Numbered from the whole stretch's first letter, positions 26,507-40,222 are shown. The stretch: 63,462 nt of DNA, filler included, from Reticulomyxa filosa (GCA_000512085.1; 18 parts of 18 records of this genome joined end to end with filler, not necessarily neighbours in it); one strand, 5' to 3'. The notes: generated from the sequence alone by a model not told the origin. A program made the numbers and translations.

Positions 26507-26734
26507 TTATTCCTTTATGGAGGCCCCCGGGGTTTGTTGTCCAGTATCATTAGAAGAAGTGAGATTGTCACCGGTGAGATAAGTGGCAACGCCAATAACG
26601 AAATGGGACAAGCAAACAGCGAACTTGACCCATTTCCAGCGCAACTGGTCGTCATCAATTTGGTTACCCTCCTTCGGCCATTGTTTGGCTTCTTGGTCAT
26701 GAGCCGCTATCTGTCGTTCAATCTGTTGCTCGCC
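26507..26734 (-). CDS. 3' end of an unknown gene (not in the ORF track)
   Basis: Open frame from the contig edge: GEQQIERQIAAHDQEAKQWPKEGNQIDDDQLRWKWVKFAVCLSHFVIGVATYLTG...GASIKE*. Confidence 0.45.
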   Translation of the reverse strand, partial: GEQQIERQIAAHDQEAKQWPKEGNQIDDDQLRWKWVKFAVCLSHFVIGVATYLTGDNLTSSNDTGQQTPGASIKE

Positions 26735-28586
26735 CNNNNNNNNNNNNNNNNNNNNNNNNNNNNNNNNNNNNNNNNNNNNTTAATTAATTAANNNNNNNNN
26801 NNNNNNNNNNNNNNNNNNNNNNNNNNNNNNNNNNNTTTTTTTTTTGAGATTTGTGAAAACAAAAGTTTGGGTGTTTTATCAGTCATCTTTACAGTCACAT
26901 GACTGATATGTTAAATTGAAATCATCTGGATAATATGATAGAAAAGCAAGCATTGAACGATATACATTTGTTTAGTTTTTTGTCAGTTAATTGAATCTTA
27001 CTCAATTATTTTTTTTACCGCTAAATAGCAATAATTTTTTCTGTTGCAAAAAAAATTTTTTTTCACTTGCGCAGAAGATTGTAGTCGTACTTGCCACATC
27101 ACATAAATCATTGTAATGCATGCATTTTATTAAGAAATGATCAACATTTTCGCGTTCATTGCTAAACTGCTTGCATTCTGGTACATTTGTGACATTATTT
27201 TTTAATAAGCGTTAACTTGAGTTTTGTATATCTACTTGTTTGTAATTAATTGCACTTACTGCATACTTACAGTAACTTGGAATATTACCCGATATCCTTA
27301 TTTTGATAATATGTATTACAATTCAATTTGAATTAGCTCAATTTCACTGACAATACTTGTATTAAGTATTAAATTTAAATTTTAATTCAATATATACTTA
27401 TCTTGGATCAATATTACAACTAATCATACACATTTTGCACTGTATGACTGCAAATATATTATACAATGATCATAACACTTTGCTATGTGTTAGTCAATTT
27501 ATATTTCAAATTTTGATTTAATTTAATGTTATATCGCATATTCTAATTTGACATAACTATTATTTGTAAATAGTTTTAAACTTTCAAACTATATTTAATT
27601 CCTATGTATGAACATATTAATGTCAAATATTCTAGTTTTCTTGTTGTTTTGACATATATAATTGCACATTAACTGTAATCTATGATTAATCAAATATATT
27701 TGACTTTATTTATTTCAGTAATTTTTTTTTCTTAAATACATTCAGTTGTTTATGTTTTGTATATGGCGATAAAATGTTGCTATATTTCAAATAAATAGTC
27801 TTGCTTGGCTAAGGAAAATGAAAGTGTCAGCTTTAACGTTTTATGGAAACATTATTGTATTTTGCATGTCATATTATCATTTCAAATGTCAGTCCTTGAA
27901 AAAAGTAAATAAAGAAACACATTTAACACATTTTGTATTGTCTAGTTCAAAAAAATAACATTTGAACATTGGATACCTTAAAAAAAGGTATTTTAATTAA
28001 TATATCTTATATTATTTCGATAATCGATAACAATGAAGTTACTTACTAATCTAAAGTTACACACAACATACAGCATATTAAGCTAACGTACAGAATCGGT
28101 CATTGTGCTACAGACTTGTTACGACGCAACAGTATCACTTAATCAATTCTACTATGTCCATGCAAATTGTAAAATCAGTTGCAATATAGCTATAGATTTG
28201 CTAGTAAATCTAAAAGCTTCATTTTACATTTTATAAATTTTTTTTTGAAAAGGGGCACAATTTATCTGTTTTAGTTTTAACATACAATTCTACTCTTTTT
28301 TTACTAATTTTTGAATTGGTAAGAAAAAATAAAGAAGTAAAAAATTTACGTTGAAAATAAAATAATGGAATTGTAATGTCACAGATTCATAGAAGCAAAA
28401 TAAGACAAAAGGATGACGTATTAACAATGCATAGCATTACTTTAGTTATTAACAAGAAATACATTCGAAATTAACAGTGCAAGGATGTACCTCATCTCCT
28501 TTATCAAATGGATCAGAATAAAAATATTAAATTAAATTTTTTTGTAATCGTTTTCCCTTCCCTCTTTGCAAAAAACAGAACAAAAA

Positions 28587-29409
28587 CTATGAAATTTGGC
28601 TGAATGGGCGTTTCCTAACGACGGATCTTTGAGCAAAAATTTTCTTTTTGTTGTTTTTCCATTCGTTAATGGATTTCTCGGTCTCGAGTCGATTGTCGAA
28701 TACTTTACAAATCAGCAAAACAAAATAAATGAATAATTGTTAGTATATATCTGTATATGCATATATAATATTAACAAAGAGTTTCGATGAATGTCAATTT
28801 ATTTCTGAAATCAGAACAACCAACCGCTTTAAGATAGTGCGAATAGTCAATAATGTGTTGGCTTCGAAGTTGCAAAGCCTGTTTGAGCCATTCCAAAATA
28901 ACCTTTTTTTCGTGTTCGTCAATAATTTCACATAGCTTCATGCCTATAATATACCAATATTCGCATACTGATTTGATGTTCACTCCGCTTGTATTTTGCA
29001 ACAGGTTATTTACATAATTATTTGTAAAATAGTAAGGAATTTCTATGGTTACGTAATTATCTGCTGCCAACGCGCTAATTAACCAAAAGGGTAAAGTTAT
29101 TCGAGTATCTTTTTTAAGCTGTCACATTTATCAAAAACGGACAAACAAGCAATACCAACTTTCACTATTTTGATGAGTGTTCAAATTTTTGTTTTTTAAA
29201 TTTACATCATCGGAGGTTGAGTTTGGATTTAAATATCCTAGATCGACAACATCAGTTACAAATCGACACGGTAAAAACTGTTTCGCATTACACATACATA
29301 CAAACGTTCTGACCGTGTCTGACACACAACACAGTATACGCCTACGTCAAATAGCAAATACCTCGCATTCTGCTAGAATGTCGTCGATATCGTAATAGTT
29401 TCTCAACAT
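28587..29409 (-). CDS. PSF3: GINS complex subunit Psf3; exons 29409-29362, 29277-29206, 29118-28776, 28702-28587
   Basis: Spliced product MLRNYYDIDDILAECE|FLPCRFVTDVVDLGYLNPNSTSDD|LKKDTRITLPFWLISALA...YWYIIGMKL...|FDNRLETEKSINEWK..RKRPFSQIS*; all three GT-AG introns keep frame. Confidence 0.9.
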
Positions 29410-29891
29410 CTATCTTTAGAGCCTTTTGTTTTTTTTTTGGCCTTGTTCTTCCACTCTGGTCGAGCTCAAAAGCTAAACCGGAACTTTCGAAACGAAAAAA
29501 AAAACAAAACATAAATTGTGAATGTGCCGTCACGGTTCAAAAAACAACTTAATTAAACTTTTCTTTTCGTTTAAAAATGAGCAAATCTAAATTTTTCTTG
29601 TCATTTCAAAAAAAAAATTGGTTTTGGTTTTATACTCAGGCAATTTTTTTTCTTTAAAAAAAAAAATCATACAAATTCTACTGAAGTGAGCCTTATAAGA
29701 AAACAAGGTTGTTAATTCAAGCTCCTTTAAAGACAGTATATGTATAATATATGTTGATCATATAGCAGATGTTTGATGTGTGGACAAGCCACGTACAAAA
29801 AAACAAAAGACCGATCTGAAGGGGGGAGAGAAGGAAGAGGAAGAGGGGAAAAAAAGAGGGAGATTAGAGCCAAAAAATGGATGCGTTCGAT

Positions 29892-31130
29892 TCAATTAAG
29901 ATGGAATGTATAATCGTAATCAGAAGCAACAAAAACCAAAGGAAAATAAGAGACATTGGGTTGAATATCGCACTCACATTGAAATTGATTGTTGCAATAA
30001 AATCGGACTTTTGCCGAGTCACAATTTAATAAGACGACAACTTCGTCTTTGGCTTTCCAAGGCATCAAAGACTGTGGGAAGCATTTTTCGATTTTTTTGT
30101 CGGCAATAGTTCCCACCCCGCCATTTTCAAAATACAAGTACATACGTTTGGTTTCTTTTCCAATAATGCCAATCCCGGAGCATTTGCTGTTGTCAGCAGA
30201 CGAGCGAGAAGAGCTTGCACAATAAACAGTAAAGAAATGTAGTCCAGAGCTCCATGTTTGTGTGGCTCGAAATAATACCGGTGACTTTTGTAACTGCTGC
30301 TGCGATTGCAATTGCGATTGCGATTGTTTCGAGGACTTGATGTTTTGAATGGTCAAAACAACCCTGTCGTCGTCAAAGACCAACGAGCCATGTTCGACTT
30401 GCTGTAAATGCGTTTGATTGACAAACCACTGAATATATTCGCGTTTGTACTGTTGCACCGGATGATTTGTGCCCGCGTGAATCCAGTAGTATGCCGGCCG
30501 AAAAGTGCATCGAAACACATCGTCCAATGGCGAAGAGCTGTCTTCGGCCCATTTCAATGCCACCGACAATTGATATGCGGGCAATGCCTCCTTTGTGTTC
30601 CGCACCACCGCCCACGACGAAAGCGTTTGCTCCTCAATTTCGAACCACACATGATCCCCTCCTTCTTTCCATTGACACTCCACCTTTCCATTGCATAACA
30701 ACACTCCAAACGAGTTCTCCGATGTCATAACATGGACGTTGAAGTGACAGCTCAAATCGTGACTGTCGTGACTACTGCCATTGCTATTAGAATTAGTATT
30801 AGAATTAGTATTAGTATTAGTAGTAGCATTAGTATTACAATTAGTATTATTACCATTACTATTACCATTGGTTTTACCATTGTCATTGCCATTGCCATTA
30901 TTATTTCCATTGTCATTGTCATCGTCATCGCCATCGTCGTGAATATCAGCAGCACCGCTTTGAGATAGTGGTTTGGCCAATTCAATTTCAAAGCGCAACT
31001 TATGGCTATCTACATCCAACGGAAGAGGACACCGTCTCACCGCTTTGATTTGTAATGGCGGTTTCACATCGTCCATGTCAACGTCGTGATCGTGATCATG
31101 ATCATGATCATGGTTATTTAGAGTTGTCAT
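29892..31130 (-). CDS. Protein with Asn/Asp low-complexity N-terminus and C-terminal SPRY/B30.2-like domain (may be 5' partial)
   Basis: RATQTWSSGLHFFTV..GIGII..WKAKDEVVVLLNCDSAKVRFYCNN..YFPLVFV. Confidence 0.7.
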   Translation of the reverse strand: MTTLNNHDHDHDHDHDVDMDDVKPPLQIKAVRRCPLPLDVDSHKLRFEIELAKPLSQSGAADIHDDGDDDDNDNGNNNGNGNDNGKTNGNSNGNNTNCNTNATTNTNTNSNTNSNSNGSSHDSHDLSCHFNVHVMTSENSFGVLLCNGKVECQWKEGGDHVWFEIEEQTLSSWAVVRNTKEALPAYQLSVALKWAEDSSSPLDDVFRCTFRPAYYWIHAGTNHPVQQYKREYIQWFVNQTHLQQVEHGSLVFDDDRVVLTIQNIKSSKQSQSQLQSQQQLQKSPVLFRATQTWSSGLHFFTVYCASSSRSSADNSKCSGIGIIGKETKRMYLYFENGGVGTIADKKIEKCFPQSLMPWKAKDEVVVLLNCDSAKVRFYCNNQFQCECDIQPNVSYFPLVFVASDYDYTFHLN

Positions 31131-32347
31131 ATGAACATTGTTATTATCATCATTATTGTTATTATTATTATTATTATTATNNNNNNNNNNNNNNNNNNNN
31201 NNNNNNNNNNNNNNNNNNNNNNNNTTAATTAATTAANNNNNNNNNNNNNNNNNNNNNNNNNNNNNNNNNNNNNNNNNNNNCTGAATGTTTGTAAGCAAAA
31301 TATTTGCAGAAAGTTTGTAACTCGAACCTGCTTACAAAAAACTTTTTCCGAAAAATTGTTTTGTTTGAACAATTACAAAATTGTAATCACACTTAAGATT
31401 TTTCGAATGCAATAAATGCTTCCAAAATACTGTTTCTTTCAAAATAAAATAATTCTGATGTAGCAGACACTACTAACATACATTGATTCTGCCAACACTT
31501 CTCCACCCAATTCCGTTTTATGTTTGTTTTCTATTCATACTCTTACATTTAACATTCACGATTACTATTTCTCGCCACTTTTTTATATGTTTTTGTTGAT
31601 TTTGTGTGAATCTGTCATCTGCAAAAGTCACAACAAATGAACGAGTTAATATTTTTGTCTATGTATTTTGATGATAAAATGCAAAAAACTCAATTTACAA
31701 ATATATTATGACAAAATTGGCTAAAATTAATTTGCAATATAATTTTATAATAAAAATAATAAATGTTTTTTAAGTTTGATTTGTTCTTTAAAAAAAAAAT
31801 ATTTTTTATAAAAAGTGTCATCAATGTGCTTATTTTTCGATGGTCCATATATATATATTTAAATTTTAAATTTTGATTTTATTTTAATAAATATTGTTTT
31901 AAATGTTAATTTTATCTTATTTTTCATTTTTTTATTATTATTTAAAATGATTTATCATTAATTAAACATGCGGACATACCATTCTCATTTTATTTGCATC
32001 ACACTTCTTTTTTAAAAAATTTAAAATATTTACTAGTTTAAACAAATTTTCAAATTGTTTTTTCAATATTTCAACTTTAGTCTCAGTAATCTATGTGTGT
32101 TGCTTGATGACTTTTTTTCCAAGCGCATACAATAGTTTTAGAATAGCATTATCTAAAAATAGTGACAAAAAATACTTTGCTTTAACCATGTTTTTACATT
32201 TAACAAAAGCGGTTTGCATGATTTGCTACTGATCCAAAACGGAGTCAATCCATTTAATGTTTGTATTACAAACTTTATAAAAAAAATTTATGTTCAATAC
32301 CAAGTATATTTTGTTGTTATTTAAAAAAACAATATTTTAGTTACTAT

Positions 32348-33649
32348 TTACTGTGCAGCAGGGAAAACATACACCTGTTCGTAACTCACGTCACTCTCAG
32401 CTTTTGCCAAATAGAAGGCATTGTAATTGTAAATGACACTGTTTTCATAATTGGTTTGGCTCATGGTATTGTTATTTCTCAATCGGCATTCATTCACAAA
32501 GAATTCACTTAAGTATTGGTTCGCAAATATAGCATCATAGAAGTGTGGGGTATTGGTAGCATCGCTTGCATCAAATTCGTACTGTGGTTTTTCTGGATGA
32601 AATTGACTCCCATACCTAGTTATACAAAATTGATCGAGCAACAAAAAAAAAAAAAAATTGTAAATTACGTATACAACGGAAAAGTATTCATTGGCAAAGA
32701 TATGAAAAACATACCAAAATAGTTGTAAACTATCAATACTTTCCATTAATGTGATAAAGGTGACATTGTCAGCGTCATTGCTTGTTCCCAAGAGAGTGAA
32801 ATTATTGATCAAATACTCGTCACCTAAAAAATCTGAGGGCGAGAATCCACCTTGGTGATTGTTCATGCTTACTGCTTGACTTGCAAAGATATCATACACT
32901 GACTTGCTGTAGGAGGGATCCATTGTTCCGTCAAATATTCGTGACTCACTTGCATTGCTGGTAAAGTTGATCGGAACTGCCAAATTCTCGGCATCAAATG
33001 TCCCATAAATATTTGTTCCTGCCTATTTATCGTTATGATTGTCATCGTTTTTGCACACTGTCGAGAAAAGGAAGGGGTATGTGTTCACTTTTTTTTTTTT
33101 TTTTTGAGGTGGAGGTTCATGAACTTTTGCAGTAGCACAAATAATTGCTTCAAATCCTAAACATGTCCCCCACAAGGGAATTGCTACTTGTGGATTTGCA
33201 CGGTGAAATTCACGCAAATAAGATAAGATGTTAAGTACTTGTGGCCAATAAAAGTTCCCTGGATCATTGTTGAAATAAGCGCTTCCACCAGTAAATAATA
33301 CACCGTTCAGAGTCGACAGCAGTGACTGTGTGTCTTTTTGGTTCATGTCGGCTTGAATTGGAACAACCCTAGCACCTCCGCCTTCCAACCACTTGAAAAA
33401 CAACGTATTTATTTACATTTTGGAGTAACGCTTGGCTTATTAACGTTTGTTTTGTATATTTTCAATATTAATGTTAACTTTTACGTAAGACGCTGGTATG
33501 TAGGTGACACCGTCCTGTATAAACTCTTCGGGACAATTATGGGGCTCAACATAACAAGGCAAGGAGAGGATACCAATAAGAGGCGTGTTAGTACTCTGGC
33601 AAATACCAGAAAAAAAGGGAAGGAGAAAGTATAAAATGGACCAAAGCAT
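32348..33649 (-). CDS. GGH: Gamma-glutamyl hydrolase (peptidase C26) with signal peptide, about 4 exons
   Basis: PLIGILS..YIPASYVK|WLEGGGARVVPI..NGVLFTGG..PLWGTCLGFE (catalytic Cys)..NNH..YGSQFHPEK (catalytic His); hydrophobic N-terminus MLWSILYFLLPFFSGIC. Confidence 0.92.
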
Positions 33650-35093
33650 GACGATCAATTTTTGTAAAGGGGATCTTAAGCTTAGTTTTTTTTTGACAAC
33701 CAGCTTTTTAGGTTTTAGAGCTGTTGTTTACTTGTTTGATCACCATTCTTCACAAGTACAACTACAGTAAAAAAAAATAGTTGAAATCTAAATCTACCTT
33801 ATGGAGATAATCTGTTTTTTTCATGAAAAAAATATCTAAAAATTTTTAAAAAATCATTATACACGTAATCATTTCAAACTTTTTCAGAAAAAATTCTTTT
33901 GAAGATTTCGTTTGGTTTTGCTGTTGATTTTGACATATATATTTTCTTCGATAGTGTACATGGAATTTGATCTATCAATCACATAGCTCTTCTGTGAGTC
34001 TCAATTCGACTGGTTCGGCAAAGATTCGCGTTTCAGAAGTGTGTAGTACTCCAGGGTCCATTAGCCCCCTCGTGCAGCAAATGAAACGGAACAAGTCGCA
34101 CATAGTAATGTTTTTCTTTTCATCCACATTTTACTGTTTTTCCTAGTTCTTATTTGGTCAGCAAGGATCGTTGATGAACGTATAGCTATTCTCTGAAGAC
34201 GAATCTCTTTCATTATTGTTGCGATCTTTGATATAATATATATTTTATTTTAACACAACATGACATAAATAATACAATATAATAAAAAGCAAAAAGTGAT
34301 AGAACCAAAGTCAATTATAAAAAGAAAAAATATGAACTTAATGTTTTATTCGGCCAATTGTCATACTTACTTACTGTGATTATTAACAAGGTAGTCACTA
34401 AATATAAATCGTCTTCATATTGTTGATAAGATAGTCACCTTATGTAACTGGAAATAAATGTACATTTATTCTACTAACGTGATGTTGAGAAGCAAATTCA
34501 CTATTTCACTATTTGTGCCACCACCATGGACATTGATATCACTTCGAATACTATAACATTATCTTTCACCGTTTGTGTTACTGCTGCGACAACACCGATA
34601 CGTTGCTGACGTCAGCACTACAGATAATAGTGTATTCGATGGCGGACTTGTGATAGATAGAAAAAATAAAAATTGTTGCGATTTCAAATGTGCACTTTAT
34701 CAACTCACTGACAGTTTATTGCTCATTCATGTGATTGCCTTTTCAGACTCAAGACTATATGACATTTGGAGATCACTACAATTACAATTGTCATTAATTA
34801 CAGTTGCGGTCAAAAGTGTTCAGATGTTGCGAATTTTCTGAAGTTTTTTACTTAAATGCAAATATCTCCATAACGAAAAAAGATAATTTTTGAAAATTTA
34901 CAGGAGTTTTATCTTACATTTATACTCTAGAAATATGCAATTTTTTGATTTTTCAGATTGATAATTTATAATCTATTTCATTTTCAAAATTATNNNNNNN
35001 NNNNNNNNNNNNNNNNNNNNNNNNNNNNNNNNNNNNNTTAATTAATTAANNNNNNNNNNNNNNNNNNNNNNNNNNNNNNNNNNNNNNNNNNNN

Positions 35094-35394
35094 AAATATT
35101 GTAACATGCGTTGAATATTCGCCATTTGTTATACATTTTAATGAAATTGGTGATCATGTTTCAGATGTAATATGTTCTGGATCAAGAGATCATACAATTC
35201 GTTTTTGGGATTTTCGATCAACTAAAGAATTACACGTTATCAAAAGAGATTATAAAGATGATGGAATATTATGTCTTACATTCTTATGTCTTGAAGAAAA
35301 AGAAAAACAGAGAAAAAAGAAAAGTTATGATTATAGTCGTGGTGTTAGTCTATGTTTTGGTTCAAACAAAGGTCCTATTAGTATTTGGAGATAA
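35094..35394 (+). CDS. 3' end of a WD40-repeat protein
   Basis: Manual translation: VTCVEYSPF...VICSGSRDHTIRFWDFRS...GILCLTF...LCFGSNKGPISIWR*. Confidence 0.8.
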
Positions 35395-35780
35395 ATTATT
35401 TTGTTGTTTGACTTGAACCTTTTTGTAAATTAAATAAGTAAATTTTCATCCCCTGTAAATTGCTTAACTTGATAACTGATTAAATATGGAAACTTGGGCT
35501 GTTAAATATCTCATAGCCTTTTTTTTATACAAAGTTTTACTTCTTTCAGTACATTTTGAAGTTGTTGAATCAAAATATGCAGAGATGTACATTAGTGGTT
35601 TATCATTTCAAGGGATTTATTTTGATATTTTCGAACGAACTAAAAACTGCTTTAACAACTTTGAAATAAGTGTATCATTTCAACTGCTAACTAAGACTAC
35701 TCAAAAAAAAAAAAAAAGGGTTTGATCCATTTTAATTGGTCCCTTTTTTTTTTTGAGCTTTCGATATATTCGCTCTCATA

Positions 35781-36420
35781 ATGGCTACACTTCCAGAACG
35801 TTATGAACTGCTCGATGAAGAAAATCCAGTTGTATTCTTTGACGTGAATATTGCTGGGCATAGTGCGGGCCGAATAGTGATGGAACTGTTTGCCCACGTC
35901 GTTCCAAAGACAGCAGAGAACTTTCGACAGTTTTGCACGGGCGAAACGAAAAAGCAAAGCAAGCCCATTGGCTACAAAGGGTGCGAGTTTCATCGAATTA
36001 TTCGAGATTTTATGGTTCAAGGCGGAGACTTTGTCAATGTTAGCACACGTACAGCATATACATACATGTATATATGTATGTGTATACCCACATGTGAATA
36101 ATACGTGTAACATGTTTGAAAAAAAAAAGGGTGATGGCACAGGTTGTCAAAGTATTTCTGGGGATAAATTTGATGACGAATCATTTCATTTCAAACACAA
36201 CCGACCAGGCTTGTTGTCAATGGCCAACAGTGGTCCTAACACAAATGGCTGTCAGTTTTTTTTGACTTGCAACGAGTGCGAGTGGTTGGATGGAAAACAC
36301 GTTGTCTTTGGACGAGTCATCGAAGGTTTGCTGACTTTGCGAAAACTTGAAAACGTCCAAACGGGCGCGAATTCCCGTCCAAAATTGAAGTGTACGATTG
36401 CCAATTGTGGACAAATGTGA
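35781..36420 (+). CDS. PPIH: Cyclophilin H (U4/U6 snRNP peptidyl-prolyl isomerase), intron 36039-36129
   Basis: [46 protein letters not shown]|[45 protein letters not shown]; FRQFCTGE and NGCQFF are typical of PPIH. Confidence 0.9.
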
Positions 36421-36629
36421 TTTTTTTTTTTTAAAGTCGTTTGTGAGAGTGTTGCTTCCCACCTTTTTTTCCTTTAAAAAAAAAAAAGAGATTAATTTAT
36501 AAAAAAAAAGGGTCTCTTTCTCTTCATTTTTTTTTAAATTTCGTTACGATAGAACTTTTTAATAGAAGGGGAAAAAAAAGTGATGCCTTTTTTTTTTTTA
36601 TGTCATTAAAAAAAAAATGTAAGAATGAA

Positions 36630-37378
36630 TCAATCTTCGGCCCATCTGTTTTCAGCTCTGACTTGTTCCTCTTCTTCTGGTGTGAAGTCGTTGGTAATTT
36701 GAAATTGCTGTCGGATCTGGTCGGGGGTTTTTCCTCGGATTGTCGTGGCGATTTGGGCACAGCCCAAACTGACAAGGGTCGGTATCTCCATTGTCCTCGC
36801 TGCAAGCACTAGTTTAAACAGTTGCTTTTGATTCACATTGCCAATGAAGTCGGCATACCATTGCGACACTACCTTTTTTTTTTTTTGTCAACAGTATTAA
36901 ATTGTATCAAACGAAAAAGCAATCTTGAGTTTTAAATAAAGAAGGAGTTGACTACAAACACATTTTAAAAAACGTACAAAACATCGCTGAGCACGGCCGA
37001 CGGCAAAGGCTTTGGAATCTCTCCCAATGGAAACTTGTGACTATGCTCCATGAACTTAATGATTGCCTCTAATGTTTCACTCACCACTGGCACCACCGAG
37101 ATGTCCGTCTCTGTTTCTGGTTTGTCCTCTTTCATTGTCGTTCGTTTATATTCGTACGTATGTATATATGTTTATGTATTTATTTATTTGCTTCGCTCTG
37201 TTTTTGTATATACAATACAAAGTCAACTCCATATAGCGTGGAGAATGCTTGATTGGCTTGTTGCTATCTTTGCTTTCAATGAAAAAGTAATGTCGTCATT
37301 TGATTTTATTTCCATTTTTATTTCGCTGTCGTCTTCTGACTCACTCTCTTTTGTTGACACTTTTGTGTCTTCTTCCAT
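36630..37378 (-). CDS. SKP1: SKP1-family protein, 3 exons
   Basis: IKSNDDITF..SQSSIL|..VSETLEAIIKFMEH..IPKPLPS..D|VVSQWYADFI..LFKLVLAA..LVSLGCAQIATTIRGKTPDQIRQQFQITNDFTPEEEEQVRAENRW. Confidence 0.9.
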
Positions 37379-38010
37379 CTGATAAAACTGCCCTTGATTG
37401 ATTATAGGCAAATACTAATTTTGCAATGCTAGTTCGACTTTTCAACTAAAATATAATGTCATGATCAATATTAAAATTGTTTTACGAGTGCAGCAAACGT
37501 GTCATAAAAAAAAAAGCGACCTGGAAAAAAGAAGACTTGAAACTTAATTTTTTCAAACAGAGTTATGCCTAAAGCTTTTTTTGTTACCCCACAGGTGATA
37601 GTTTTTGATAGATATCAGCAAATACGCCGACATGCTGACAAACTACGCAAGCAGATCGATTTCACTCTAATAGTTGTTCCTGAATCTTGTCGGATGCATG
37701 CTTACTTGTTCAGCGTTTGTTTTCAAAAAGAGGTTGTAACTTGTTAACTTTTGAATCGTAGTTTTAGAAAGGGGAACGTATGGCACGGAAACAGCTTAAA
37801 AAAAAGACTTGGTCATCATCTGATAGGCCTTTTTGAATGAGTGAAGTGCTATAGCAATCTCCATCATAAAGACAAAGATATGGCAACAAATTTGGGCTCC
37901 GACAGTTCAAAAGTTGATCTGCACATGATGTGTTGCTGATAAGACACTTGAACAAGAAACAAAAACTGTAAAAAAAAAAAAAAAAAAAAAATTAAAAGAA
38001 AAACGAAAGA

Positions 38011-38517
38011 GAGTTTGAAAATTTCCTGGGCCATAGCATTCACGGCGACCACTTTGGTGTTTCAGAGAGCGTGCAGAAGGGACCGCATGAGGGTATGTCG
38101 GGGATCAATGGCAACGATTCAGGAAACGAAGCAGACTTGAGTGAGGAATCAATAGGCAAAGATAAAGATGATAAAGATAATAAAGATGAAGATAAAAAGG
38201 AAAAGAAAAAAGGAAATGGACATGAAAATGAGAGCACAACATCGAGTAAGAGTGAGAGTGGCAGTGACAACGACAGTGAGAATGAGGACAGAGCAAAAAG
38301 AGGAGCTCCGAACAAGAAGACAGTGGATCTGAACGTGGACATTGACGACTTTGAGCTCGGCGAAGAAATCACTTTTTGCAATGACAAAGAAGAAGGAGGG
38401 CGATTATGCGTGCTGTGTTGCATCTTCGTCATTGCCGTCGTCATTGGCATTTTTTTTGGCATTTTTGTGGGAAAGCCTTATCTTTTGGAGCAAGCCGCTG
38501 CCATGCAAGCTTATAAG
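38011..38517 (+). CDS. Exon of a membrane protein (charged low-complexity region then one TM helix), partial
   Basis: ORF 38071-38520 with LCVLCCIFVIAVVIGIFFGIFVG, followed by a GTAAGT donor and an intron running into the linker. Confidence 0.5.
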
Positions 38518-38519
38518 TA

Positions 38520-38567
<48 letters not shown>

Positions 38568-38671
38568 TTTTNNNNNNNNNNNNNNNNNNNNNNNNNNNNN
38601 NNNNNNNNNNNNNNNTTAATTAATTAANNNNNNNNNNNNNNNNNNNNNNNNNNNNNNNNNNNNNNNNNNNN

Positions 38672-39931
38672 TATATATATGCATATATATTTTACATTAC
38701 TATTATAAAATTCGGTCTCCACATGATCATTGAAAAGATATATGTACATATATGGTATATATCCTTCCACAACAAGATGAATGAAAAAAAAAAAAAAAAA
38801 AGTAACATAACTGGCATGAGTGACACCACTGACCCCAACTCGAATGGAATGTCCTTGCTCCACCCGAATCATCCAGTCCATTCTTCCATGAGTGATCACT
38901 TGTGCGCCAAAGGCCGAGTTGCGCACACCTTGGCTTCCTTGGTACATGTTACGGAATCACTTTCGCAGCTCAAGTTATTGCCAGCAATGACAAATGTGTC
39001 CGTGCTATCGTCGTCCTTTTCTTCGATCTCTACCCTTTCCGGAATATTGATCGGAGGTGTCGGTCCACTTGCACCCGATCCGGAAAGAGTGCGGCTTCGT
39101 GCAACAGCAACATTGACTCCTATACCTCCCAAGGTTGGCGACGCGATTTCTTCGTCACTCACAAGGGTTTTTGCCATGCTGTCTTTCCAACTCCCGCTGT
39201 CCCTAAACATATTGTGATTTCACAATGTTTAGATAATCCTTTATCGTCCATTTGTCTTTTTTTTTTTTTTTTTTTTTTTATTTGTTGAAAAGAAAAAAAC
39301 AAACCTTTTTTGTTGAAGAATTTGGTCTCTCATTTCAGTCAACGAGTAAGTTCTGTCATGCTTTTGTCTATTTCATTTTTTCGCAAATATCACAAAAATA
39401 TATTTTTTTTTTAAAAAAAAAAGATGTCAATTATTATTTGTTATTATTCGCTGTCAATTTTCTCTTGTTCCTCCTTCCTTTCTCTCCTCTTCCCTCTCAT
39501 ATATTTTCTTTGTTTTACTTTTTGGTCGTAGTTGGATCCTCATCTATTTCAATGAAGGTAATATCAGTGATTGCCTTTGAAATAACAGAACGAGAGGTAT
39601 TGGCATTTGTATCTCCTTTCCCTTTTTTGTCATCATCAGTATTTTCTTGTGTTTTCGGAACTAAATCTTTATCTTTTTCCTTTTCTTTATCTTTATCTTT
39701 TTCCTCTTCCTCTTTCTTATTGTTTGTGTTGTCATCTGTGACAATGTCGGTGGATTTGTTGGCATTTAAGCTGTTTTCGTCTTCTTTTTTTTTGGTTTCA
39801 TCAGTCGATGTAGTTTTCTCTAATTCTTTCGGTTCATCATTTGTTACTGTCTCTTCCTTGTCATTTGTTTTCGCTTCCTCTGTTCGGTTGGGTATTTGAG
39901 GCACTCCGTCGTCTGTTGTGTCGTCCCCCAT
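38672..39931 (-). CDS. Acidic low-complexity protein leading into a SPRY-like domain; apparent frameshift near 38940; truncated
   Basis: Exons MGDDTTDD.. and FRDSGSW..FVIAGNNLSCESDSVTC, then shifted frame GSQGVRNSAFGAQVITHGRMDWMIRV..IRVGV (SPRY N-terminal strands). May be the same gene as 40223-40962. Confidence 0.5.
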
Positions 39932-40222
39932 TACAAGTGTATACACACGCCAATTTATTATTATTATATACATAGTTATATACATATACATATATGTATA
40001 TAAAATGTCCATTCTACATATTTATATTTACTCATTTATTTGGATATGCACATATGGATTTGAATTGGAAATTACAAACAAATTGCTTACAAAATAAAGG
40101 TTTAAATTTTTCAATTTTTTTTCTCTTTCCCTTCCCATAAAAAAGACTCACCTCACCCTTCCCTTTTCAAAAAAAAAAAAAAACTGATCCCCCTTTCCTC
40201 GTATTGGCAGTAGACACAAATA

